Source: Macrostomum hystrix
Taxonomy: Eukaryota; Animalia; Platyhelminthes
Assembly (NCBI GenBank): GCA_950097015.1
Contig: CATNEN010000037.1
Span: 4,340,001 to 4,404,000, forward strand
Reading direction: 5' to 3'
Length of the DNA stretch: 64,000 nucleotides
Below are positions 1 through 10,130 of the stretch, piece by piece (positions within the stretch are counted from its first letter, which is position 1; the number at the start of each line of letters is the position of its first letter). The notes beneath the pieces were generated by a model that saw nothing but the letters and a program-made list of their open reading frames with translations, had not been told where the DNA came from and made no database searches. The translations under genes were made by a program, and so were the position numbers.

Positions 1-19
1 ACCCGCAAAGTATTCTGAG

Positions 20-160
20 AATGTACAATGCATATCATCAGGCGCTCAGGGTAGATGCACACACTGTGTGCTCAGGGATCAGCGAAGGGCAGGATTTCCT
101 CCTCGCCTACAGTTCTCTCGGGGCAGCTCTTGAAATTACTAGCGCGCTATTATTACTATG
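20..160 (+). mobile_element. Degenerate internal/3' fragment of SINE family A in an SLC25A39 intron
   Basis: tgtgtgctcagggatcagcgaagggcaggatttcctcctcgcct aligns by eye to the 40904-41195 copy (tgtgtgctcaggagtcagcggaatgagcagaattgtctcctcgcct); decayed TTA tail near 148-157. Confidence 0.45.
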
Positions 161-176
161 CCACATATCAATTTAG

Positions 177-1383
177 GATGCGGCTATAAGGATTGCCAGG
201 TCCGAAGGTCTGCTGGCACTATGGCGCGGTCTGTCAGCTAGCCTTGCCCTCACTGTGCCAGGCACTGTTATCTACTTTACCACGCTCGACCTGCTCAAAT
301 GGCACATGGGCTATCGGCCGCTGCAGCCTGGTCAATCTTCAAGCAGCAAGCACTGGGTGCCCCCGGTTGCTGCCGGCGCCGCCCGCGTCACCGCCGTCCT
401 CTGTCTATCCCCGCTGGAGCTGGCCCGCACTAAGATGCAAGCCGAGGGCCTTGGCTGGTCCGCTGTTGGCCGCGCCGCCGCTCTGGAGGTCGGCCGCTCC
501 GGCCTGCTCAGCCTTTGGCGCGGCCTACCGCCTACACTGCTGCGCGATGTGCCATTCTCAGCCATCTATTGGTTCACCTACGATGGCCTGCGGACTCGAC
601 TGCTGGCCGCTAGGGCTCAGGTTAGTCTGGCTTCAGGTCGTGCTTTTGCTGACACCCTGACTGAAGCCATATCTGACACCCTGGCTGAAGCCATACCTGA
701 TACCCTGACTGAAGCCATAGCTGTCACCCTGACTGGAGCCATATCTGACACCCTGACTGAAGCCATATCTGACACCCTGAATGAAGCCATGTCTGACACC
801 CTGATTGAAGCTATAGCTGACACCCTGAATGAAGCCATATCTGACACCCTGATTGAAGCTATAGCTGACACCCTGATTGAAGCCATATCTGACACCCTGA
901 CTGAAGCTATAGCTGACACCCTGATTGAAGCCATATCTGACACCCTGAAGGAGGCCATATCTAAAACCAAGATTTTATGCTTTACAGGCCGTCCCTGTCC
1001 GCCGACGCGCTGTCTCCTCGTCCTCCGCGGCTCCTGTACTCACCGGTCCCGAGGCGGCCGCCTTTGGCTGCGTCGCTGGGGCCGTTGCCGGTCTAGCCAC
1101 GCATCCATTCGACGTGCTGAAGACGCACCGTCAAATTGAATTCGCTGGCAGCCTTGGCACTGTCCGTAGAACTCCGGGCACGGTGGACGCCATCCGGCTG
1201 CTGCTAGCTCGCGGCGATAGTCGCGGCGGACATCGGGCTCTGTTCTCGGGCCTGGCGCCGCGCCTCCTGAAGGTTGTGCCAGCATCCGCCATCATGGTGG
1301 CCACATTTGAACTGCTCAAGAATGAATTCAGCGAGCGCAACGGTCGCCTAGCCGGGCTTGGGCGTGACAGTCTGACAGCCTGA
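177..1383 (+). CDS. SLC25A39: Mitochondrial carrier SLC25A39/SLC25A40-like, 3' exons 177-620 and 988-1383 (5' part outside the window)
   Basis: Spliced translation DAAIRIARSEGLLALWRGL...PLELARTKMQ...LWRGLPPTLLRDVPFSAIYW...HPFDVLKTHRQ...LFSGLAPRLLKVVPASAIMVATFE; carrier signature Px[DE]xx[KR]; phase-0 intron GTTAGT (621) to TTTACAG (987). Confidence 0.9.
648..962. repeat. 24-bp minisatellite (gacaccctgactgaagccatatct), ~13 copies, intronic
   Basis: Direct tandem periodicity; fills most of the 367-nt intron. Confidence 0.95.
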
Positions 1384-3125
1384 CAGACACGCTGCTAATA
1401 GTCCTCACCTGCACTGTTCTATCCGGATTTTGTTATTTTTGAATTCATAAATTGAAGAACTTTAGCTTGTTTGACCCTGGACACTGATTATCATTGCTTT
1501 GATTGTTTCTGTTCAGTCTTTAATGTGCACTCTTTCTGTGTCTCTCCGTTGCTGACTCTGGTTTCTGCCCAGTCAATTTCCAGCCACCCGATCTGTTGAT
1601 TTTGATAAGAACCGGTTATGAAATTTCCCTGCTCAAGCAAGAGCCATAAAACGGTGCTTGGCTGGCTTCCATGCTTTCCATATTTTGCTGTCAAAGCCTT
1701 CACGCTTTGTGTATTTATTTTATACCGAAGGTGAGATAGGTTTTATTTGATTTGCTTTGATTAGTTTTGTGGTGAAGAGTTGGCTTTTCTGATATCTGTA
1801 AGCATAATTATCTCTCGCCTCTGGCCCAGCTACTTTAAGTAGAAGCACAGTTATTTCATGCCTTTATTAAAGACAAAGACCTAGTAATAGTAACAAGGAA
1901 CTGGGTAAGTCAATACTTTCCGACCAAGAAAAATCTGCATTGGTCACTCTCGTAGAACCCCGTGCATTGTGTTATTTTATCGGGGAGAAGTGTTTTCATT
2001 TTTTCTTAACTGAGAAATTCACGCTATACGTTTTGCATGTCTCGTAGCCTGTCCATTGCAGGTGTGTGCATTCATGTAGAGCTTAACTATATATTGAATC
2101 TATTTTTTATCTCGTGACTAGGCTACTTTGGCAACTTCTCACATGAATGATAAATGCCTTATGACTGCCTGTCCGAAGCAGTCTTTTTCCATGCTCTCTA
2201 GTTTCATATTTTGGAATGCTGCCCATTAGTGCCATTTCATCCATACCTCTCCTTGTGGCTCTTTCTTCGTGAAGAACGTTATCGCTGTGTAACAAAAGAT
2301 TCACTAAAAACAAATATAAAGAAAAAATTCTGCATTGCCAATCATTCACAGACATGTTTGTGCACATCATTGAAACGAGTCGCTTTTTAGTCTCTTGCAA
2401 ATTCTATGTGGTTCTGATTGGTCAATACTAAGAGCGATAGTAAAATACTACACGCACTACTGCTAGTAAGTGAAAATGTGTTTAACTTATATTTAATGAG
2501 TCAAAAAAAAACACGAAAATACGTACTTCAAGCGTCGATACTTTAATACATACATCTCCGCTACTCCTTGATTCTCAGTCCCTAATAAACATCTGTTTAA
2601 AATGTACCGACGTATACCATAAAGTATGGTATACAATAATACTTATAGAGAATTGGTATAATTCACTGCCACCTACATGTAAACGTCATTAACGAAATGC
2701 AGGCAGTCGTCGCGCAGTCAGTTGTGCGCAGGCAATAGTCGTGCTACCATACATTTCGATGCATAAAACTCTTGTTGTATTCAAACAAGTTCGAGACTTG
2801 GAGTACGAGTATAATAAGTCGATATTTTAGCAGAAAGGAAATGTCTGAAAGCAATATACGTAGGCTAGGCTAACTTAATCTACAATCAACGGAAAACTTT
2901 CCATCCTGTACAACTGTCCTGCAGCTAGGATTATCGACCACTTTTACCTGATCATGTTAGTTAACCAAAATTTTTTCGCTACATATCGGACTTTAAATTT
3001 GGCGTGCATCTCGCAATTATGCTAGTGCTGGTATAGATCAAAGTAGTGTTTTATTTGCTAAGGCAAAAACTAAATATAAAAAAAAATTATAGCGCCCCTT
3101 GCCGCTCAAGAGCCTCACAGCATCT

Positions 3126-3197
3126 TGCCGTGACCAGGATTCGAACCTGGGTTGTCTCGGCCACAACGAGAAGTACTAACCACTATACGATCACGGC
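3126..3197 (-). tRNA. tRNA-His (GUG)
   Basis: Reverse complement GCCGTGATCGTATAGTGGTTAGTACTTCTCGTTGTGGCCGAGACAACCCAGGTTCGAATCCTGGTCACGGCA; paired acceptor stem, GTG anticodon, A and B boxes, downstream oligo-T. Confidence 0.95.
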
Positions 3198-3345
3198 TAA
3201 CCGGCGCTGAGGAAAGTGAAGATAAATTGCATCTATAAACGTGATGCCCGATAAGCAAGTTTCTCGTATTCAATAAAACAAGTGCGTTGCCGTTTACTCA
3301 TCTGTCTATCTATCTAGAGTATAGCTAAACTTAGTAGCTAACGAG

Positions 3346-3514
3346 CAGTGGCGTAGAGAGTGGGTTATCGGTGTATCGGCCGATAGCCCCAAAATTTGAT
3401 GCCTCAAATTTTTTCGCATTCCGTTTCTTCGAAAGAAATGAATTAATTGTTTTTTTTCTGGATACGCTGGATACCAATACCGATATCCCCAAAAAAATCC
3501 TGGCTACGCCACTG
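3346..3514. mobile_element. 169-bp MITE with CAGTGGCGTAG TIRs and an 8-bp TSD (hAT-like)
   Basis: cagtggcgtag...ctacgccactg; flanks ctaacgag / ctagcgag (7 of 8 identical). Confidence 0.75.
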
Positions 3515-5306
3515 CTAGCGAGCAAATAATAGTAATATGTGGGACCAAGAGCAGAATTGAGTTTCTGAGCCCCACCCTAACATAGGCCTAGCTAAGCCCC
3601 GGCCCCCTAACTAATAGGCCTAGTGGCTAGCTAGGTATAGGCAGGCCTAACCCATAGGGCCTAACTTTAATTATAGGCTATTCCAATCTATCTTGTAGGC
3701 CAACTTATAATTTGTTTAATTAACTTTGTCTGTCTATGTTATGTAATATTCTCCTCAACCTAAAAAACTAAATCTGAATTGCTAGTTAGTTAGAACAAAT
3801 TGATTAGCAATTAGCTAATATAGCTAGGCCATGATAAAAATTTTACTAGGCCTAATATATATACTTAGGGGCCTATCTGCCATTAGCTAGGGGCCTACCA
3901 AAAAGCTCTATTTGTTTTATAATAAATTATAACACTAGCTACTATAGTATTAGGCCTAGTTTTAGTATTTATATTAATATTAGGCCCAGTCCTATGATTG
4001 ATAGGTAGGTACCATGGATAGGCCTACTAAAATAACTATTTTAGTAATATTATATAATATAATATTTTATAAAATAACTTTTACTTTTAACTTAAAAAAA
4101 TTTATAATTTATTTTAGTATCTATAGTAGGTACTAGCTAGGTCAGCTAGGGTTAGGCCTAACTTACCTAGCTATAACAATAGGCCTAGCATAAGGTAATA
4201 GTAGCTTTAAGAGTTTAATATACCAAAACTTTTTATAGTTACAAAACAATAATAGCATAGCATCAAAAACATTTTTTTCTAAGCTATATTAGTATTAGAT
4301 TAGGCCTCTCTCTCTATTTGCAGGGAGGCCCGGGGCACTTGTCGCATAAGCAATGGAGCGGCATGCCCCCAGACCAGCAAACTAGGCACTTAGTGCCCAT
4401 CGCGCCGCCTCCCTTGAGCAGGCACCACACACAGCAGCACAGACCAGCCGGGGAGGGCAGGAGGCACCCGGAATAGGCAGCAGTGCCCCCACCCAGCCCC
4501 ACACACACAGAACAGACCAAGCCAGGGTGGAAGGCTGTTATGAAATCAGTCCTCAGGGGGGGCTAGGTGATGAGTGTACACTTAGGGCCTATCCGATTGC
4601 ACTGACGGAAATCTAGAAAGCACGCGGCTGTGTACACCCGCCCCCAGCCACCCCCGCAAGGCCTCGCCCCAGCGCCAATGCACACAACTCACATAACACA
4701 CAGGCACACAGAAAGGTAGGAGCAAAGCTATAATTTCAAGCTTTGATTGCACAAAATATGGTGTACCTCCATATGGTCGCTACTGTCCAAACCCTCCAAC
4801 AAGTCCCGAAATTAATCATGACTTGAAAGGAGAATCAAACTAGCGTCCATTGGAGTGCGAGGCAGCGACACTAGCCACTGACCCACTCGCCCCCCTTAGA
4901 TTAGGCCTAGTTTATTTGTATATGTATATGTATTAGTTATGGCTATCTAAAAATAGCTAGTTACTAGACTAGAATTCAGGTAGCTTGTTTTAGCTAGCTA
5001 GGCCAATATGATCATATTCTAATATGTTAAATTCCTATTAGTCATTTTAACCCTTGATTAGCTAGCCCAAAAGTCTAACTAACTTGTTTGCTAGTTAGAG
5101 CATCATTGAATAGCTAACTAATAACTATCAAGAACAGAGATTTGTTAAGTAGACCTGGGCTTAGACTTATATTATTATTGGTGCATAGAAGGAAGATATA
5201 CTTATAGCTATCTAAAGTCCCTAGCTATGAGTATCATAATCAAGAAGCAATAGCTAGCTTGCTAAGCTATAGCAATAGGCCTACATAGTAAAAGGAAATA
5301 TAACTA

Positions 5307-7084
5307 CGAGGGCTGTCCCAAAAGTAGTGTTACTTTTGATTATATCTTTTGTTCTGATGGTTCAAATAACGTGATTTTACACAGTCTTATAGCGGCAAGT
5401 CTCTTCTTTATATTAATTAAAATCTTTTTTCTAACAGACTAAGGAAATAGAAGTTATCAACGAAAAACTAACAGGACCTCAAACATAGACTTACAGTAAA
5501 TCAACAAGCTATCGGAATGCTACGAAAGTGCTTTCGACTGAGGTCACTCTTTCAACCAAAATTTCTCAATTTCTCAATCCGTGACAATGATATGTCTCTG
5601 GAAAAATCATAATGAAGTTATAATTTGAAAGTTGTCTCTGGAAAATATGGAATGAAATCTTCATATCTCTCACTTGGACTTGGCTTCAGTACGAGACTTT
5701 TTTTTCTCATTTCTTGCTGTGCTAAAGATCATGGATGTGCATTCAAGTTTTGCCCAGAGGAGTGTGATTTACACCCTTAGGAAGACGGGGCACAGTGCAG
5801 CCGAGATTCACGCGCAACTTTCATCAGCTCATGGGTCTTGCGCGGTCAGTAAAATGACCATCTATCGTTGGATAGAACAGTTTCGAGCGGGAAGGACGGA
5901 CCTTGCTGATCAGCTCAGGACAGGTCGCCCTCATGTTCGAGACTCTGACGTCCTGGCTGACGCTATCTTGGATCTTCTTGATGAGGACGCACGAATGACG
6001 ATCAGAGAGATTGCTGACAGGCTGAATACTCCGCGATCAACGGTTCATCGAAGTCTCACCAGCATGGATTATGTGAAGCTGAGTGCTCGCTGGATTCCAC
6101 GCCTTCTGACACCAGACCTGAAAGAGCAGCGGCAGCGAGTGTGCCAGGAGAATCTGGAGCTCGTCAGGCAACATGGTGGATGGGAAACGTTTCGGCAAAT
6201 CGTTGTTACTGGTGACGAGACGTGGGTGCCTCACTTCGATCCCCCCACCAAACAGGAGTCCAAGGTTTGGACAATCAGGGGTTCAGACCCCCCTGTTAAG
6301 GCACGTCGAGAGCCTCACTGCAAAAAGGTGCTTCTGACTTTGTTCTTCGACAGAAATGGACCACTTACAATCGAATTTCTTGAGCCAGGGAAGAGCATCA
6401 ATGCCGAGTGCTATATTGCTTCCCTTGAAAAATTGAAGTTCGAAATCTGGAACAAGCGTCGGGTTGGAATCAAGCCCTTTCTTCTCCACCACGACAACGC
6501 CAGACCCCATACTGCACAGAAGACCTCCGAGGCTGTCAGCAGACTCAAGTTTAATATTTTGCCTCATCCACCGTATTCGCCTGATCTGGTGCCAGCAGAT
6601 TTCGCCTTATTTCCACTAATGAAGTCGCATCTGCGAGGTAAAGTTCATGAGAACCGTGACAACCTTGAACAGGCAGTGCGGAATGTCCTGCTCCACAAAA
6701 TTCCACGCAAGAGTTATGCCAACGCTATTGACGGTTTGTTCAGTCGGTGGCAAAAATGCCTTCAGCTCGGCGGTGACTACGTTGAGAAGTCAAGCATTCC
6801 CACCGACGAGTGAAGAGGAGCGTTTCAATTGCTACGAGAAAACTTCATATTCGCAACCACTCAACTGTTGGTCATTTTTGCTTGCTTGTTGATTTACTGT
6901 AAGTCTATGTTTGAGGTCCTGTTAGTTTTTCGTTGATAACTTCTATTTCCTTAGTCTGTTAGAAAAAAGATTTGAATTAATATAAAGAAGAGACTTGCCG
7001 CTATAAGACTGTCAAATCACGTTATTTGAACCATCAGAACAAAAGATATAATCAAAAGTAACACTACTTTTGGGACAGCCCTCG
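5307..7084 (+). mobile_element. Full-length mariner (DD34D) transposon, 1778 bp, ~200-bp TIRs, TA target duplication
   Basis: TA|CGAGGGCTGTCCCAAAAGT ... ACTTTTGGGACAGCCCTCG|TA; 5307-5509 is a near-perfect inverted copy of 6884-7084; internal transposase ORF. Confidence 0.95.
5731..6813 (+). CDS. Mariner transposase, ~360 aa, uninterrupted
   Basis: N-terminal HTH regions, WIPR linker, VTGDETW, HHDNARPH, HPPYSPDLVPADF; 34 residues between the second and third catalytic Asp. Confidence 0.93.
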   Translation: MDVHSSFAQRSVIYTLRKTGHSAAEIHAQLSSAHGSCAVSKMTIYRWIEQFRAGRTDLADQLRTGRPHVRDSDVLADAILDLLDEDARMTIREIADRLNTPRSTVHRSLTSMDYVKLSARWIPRLLTPDLKEQRQRVCQENLELVRQHGGWETFRQIVVTGDETWVPHFDPPTKQESKVWTIRGSDPPVKARREPHCKKVLLTLFFDRNGPLTIEFLEPGKSINAECYIASLEKLKFEIWNKRRVGIKPFLLHHDNARPHTAQKTSEAVSRLKFNILPHPPYSPDLVPADFALFPLMKSHLRGKVHENRDNLEQAVRNVLLHKIPRKSYANAIDGLFSRWQKCLQLGGDYVEKSSIPTDE

Positions 7085-7683
7085 TAGCTAGGCCTAGCGT
7101 AAGAAAATATTAGCCAGTTAGAAGAAAGTCAGTTATCAGACAAGCTAATAGCTAATAACAGCTATTTGTTGCTTTCCATATATTATTTACTATATGTGAA
7201 GTCGTGGGTTAATTGAAGAACAGAAGCAAACGCATTGAGCAGGTTGCAGGACAGTCACAAGCGCAAACTCTAGCCGTGCACCTTCGATCAATATATATTG
7301 TGCCAGACAGGCATGATTCAGCAATGACACGAGATAACAATAGGGTGGAGGATGGGTGGTTGTATAAGACACATCAAAGTAAATAACAGTGGCGGGGGTG
7401 GCGCGCGCGCACTTAAATAAACTGAACTATAACAACAATGACAGTGACTGCACTAACAATTGACATAGCCCGACACTATACTACTTGGGTCACTAGGGTC
7501 TATTATATTCTGCTTAGCTAGCCTTTAAGTAGAAATATAAAAAAATGATTTGCAGAAAAATATTACTTGCATTATTATTCAGTATCACACTGATTAATTT
7601 CAGATTACCTGATTAAGATATGTTCTGGTCTTCCTTATGACCCATCTCTTCATTGCCAAGCTGCCAGAGTGTAATTAGCTATC

Positions 7684-10104
7684 ATGGGAGCTGTGATTGT
7701 TGTTTGCACTTTTGTGGCAATCTGGTTTGCCTGCCTGTGCATTCATCGCTTAGTTACTGGCAATAGTAGCACTGAAGGTGGAAGCCTTCAGGTGTCACTG
7801 TTTTTTGCTAGGCTGCACACATCTGCATTAAATGGATTCTTTATGCACTGTGGGCGTCTCCGATTCTTTCCCTATCGAGTGTGGTTTGGTGCAGGTGTAC
7901 TAATCAGCCTGGCGCTCATGATCGCCTCTTGTGTGCTACTGACTGTGATGGCCTACAATACTCTTGCCCAGAGACCGGCCAGCGAACAGGTGTTAACACC
8001 TGTTGTGCCAGGTGAGGCTTGAATGGGTCCTGTCCCGTCACTCCACATGGACAGGTTCTCCCAGATTCAGGACTGGGTCCTGTCCCGTCACTCCACATGG
8101 ACAGGTTCTCCCTGATTCAGGACTGGGTCCTGTCCCGTCACTCCGCATGGACAGGTTCTCCCAGATTCAGGACTGGGTCCTGTCCCGTCACTCCACATGG
8201 ACAGGTTCTCCCTGATTCAGGACTGGGTCCTGTCCCGTCACTCCGCATGGACAGGTTCTCCCAGATTCAGGACTGGGTCCTGTCCCGTCACTCCGCATGG
8301 ACAGGTTCTCCCTGATTCAGGACTGGGTCCTGTCCCGTCACTCCGCATGGACAGGTTCTCCCAGATTCAGGACTGGGTCCTGTCCCGTCACTCCACATGG
8401 ACAGGTTCTTCCTGATTCAGGACTGGGTCCTGTCCCGTCACTCCGCATGGACAGGTTCTCCCAGATTCAGGACTGGGTCCTGTCCCGTCACTCCGCATGG
8501 ACAGGTTCTCCCAGATTCAGGACTGGGTCCTGACCCGTCACTCCGCATGGACAGGTTCTCCCTGATTCAGGACTGGGTCCTGTCCCGTCACTCCGCATGG
8601 ACAGGTTCTCCCAGATTCAGGACTGGGTCCTGTCCCGTCACTCCACATGGACAGGTTCTTCCTGATTCAGGACTGGGTCCTGTCCCGTCACTCCGCATGG
8701 ACAGGTTCTCCCTGATTCAGGACTGGGTCCTGTCCCGTCACTCCGCATGGACAGGTTCTCCCAGATTCAGGACTGGGTCCTGTCCCGTCACTCCGCATGG
8801 ACAGGTTCTCCCAGATTCAGGACTGGGTCCTGACCCGTCACTCCGCATGGACAGGTTCTCCCTGATTCAGGACTGGGTCCTGACCCGTCACTCCACATGG
8901 ACAGGTTCTTCCTGATTCAGGACTGGGTCCTGTCCCGTCACTCCGCATGGACGCATTAATTTACGACTAAAGAGACGCATTAATTCACTGACCACCGTAT
9001 ATTCATATCAATCTGATCCAAGGTGTAAATCTGCCCGGCAACCAGCTGCCCTATTACCTCGGCGCGCTGCTCCTGTGCGGCATCTTTCACGAATTTGGGC
9101 ACGCCGTCGCCGCCGCTCGGGAGGACATTCGCGTCCAGGCGGCCGGTGTCTTCGTTCTCGGCGTTTATCCCGGTGCGTTCGTCGATTTGAACAGCGCCGA
9201 TCTGGCCCTGGTGTCGCCAGCTCGCCGTCTGCGCGTATTCTGCGCCGGAGTCTGGCACAACACCGTGTTGGCTCTGGCTGCTGCAGTCCTGCTGGCGAAA
9301 CCCGCCTGGCTTCTGACTCCACTTGGCTACGCCAGTCCGGGTGGCGCCGTTGTCACCTGGCTGGCCGCCGGCTCCGTTCTCTCCGGTCAGCAGGGCCTCT
9401 ATCTCGGTGACGTCATAGTGCGGCTCAACCAATGCCCGGTGGCCGGACCGCCAGGCTATTATAATTGCGTCATGGGCATCTTCTCCGCCGAGCCGCAGGG
9501 CCACTGCATCCGGCGGGGCCTCCTGTTGCCCGCCTCCGCCGGCTCCTGCTGCCAGCAGTTCGAAAACGCGTCCGCGGATGTCGAGGCAGCAAGTCGGCTT
9601 TGCTTTCTAGCCGACTCTACCAGTGCCGCCTGTCTGCCAGTGCGAGCCGTTGTTGAACAGCAGCCGACCTGCCGCGGCGCGGCCGACTGTCCGCCTGGCG
9701 CCGTGTGCGCCCGGCCGGCTGTTGACAATGCGTCCAGGCTAATCCGCTTCTCACACGACCCGGCCAGGCCCGCTTTGCTTTACCTAGGCGAAGCGCCCGA
9801 TATAATCTACAGCCTGGCCCTGTCCGAGTTCCAGCCGCCCGCCCTGCTGCCACTGTGGCTGCCAGCAGCTCTGGACACAGGCATGCGGTACATTGTGTCA
9901 CTGTCTGGCGCCCTGGCACTGTTAAATGCTGCGCCCTGCTACGCACTCGACGGTCAGTGGATACTAGCTGCCCTGCTGGACATTCTAATAGTCAAAAACT
10001 GCCGGCTGAGACAGAAAGTTTATAGGGTCGCTCTTACAGTTGGCACCTGCTTGCTGGCACTGAATGTGCTGTTAGCTCTGCGCTACCTGTACTACTCTAG
10101 TTAG
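7684..10104 (+). CDS. MBTPS2: Site-2 protease (M50 intramembrane metalloprotease); exons 7684-8011 and 9023-10104
   Basis: Spliced EQVLTPVVPG|VNLPGNQLPYY...HEFGHAVAA (HExxH), GVWHN, Cys-rich insert, NAAPCYALDG (NxxPxxxLDG); phase-1 GT-AG intron. Confidence 0.93.
8024..8952. repeat. 50-bp minisatellite (ggactgggtcctgtcccgtcactccgcatggacaggttctcccagattca), ~18.5 copies, MBTPS2 intron
   Basis: Exact 50-nt periodicity; starts ~12 nt after the GT donor. Confidence 0.97.
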
Positions 10105-10130
10105 TATCTTTCGAGCTTTAGCGACCCGCT

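Noticed and set aside
255-1139. 294-aa ORF with a (DTLTEAIS)n insert in SLC25A39
   Set aside because: It is read-through of a 367-nt GT-AG intron (not a multiple of 3). The spliced product restores the carrier fold.
1491-2400. Short minus-strand ORFs downstream of SLC25A39
   Set aside because: AT-rich, unlike the GC-rich exons here, with no recognisable motifs.
4560-4640. GTGATGA...CTGA...GAAA resembling a C/D snoRNA or hammerhead ribozyme
   Set aside because: The hammerhead core lacks the initial C and the stems do not close. C-to-D spacing is too short and there is no terminal stem. No complete hammerhead core was found elsewhere by eye.
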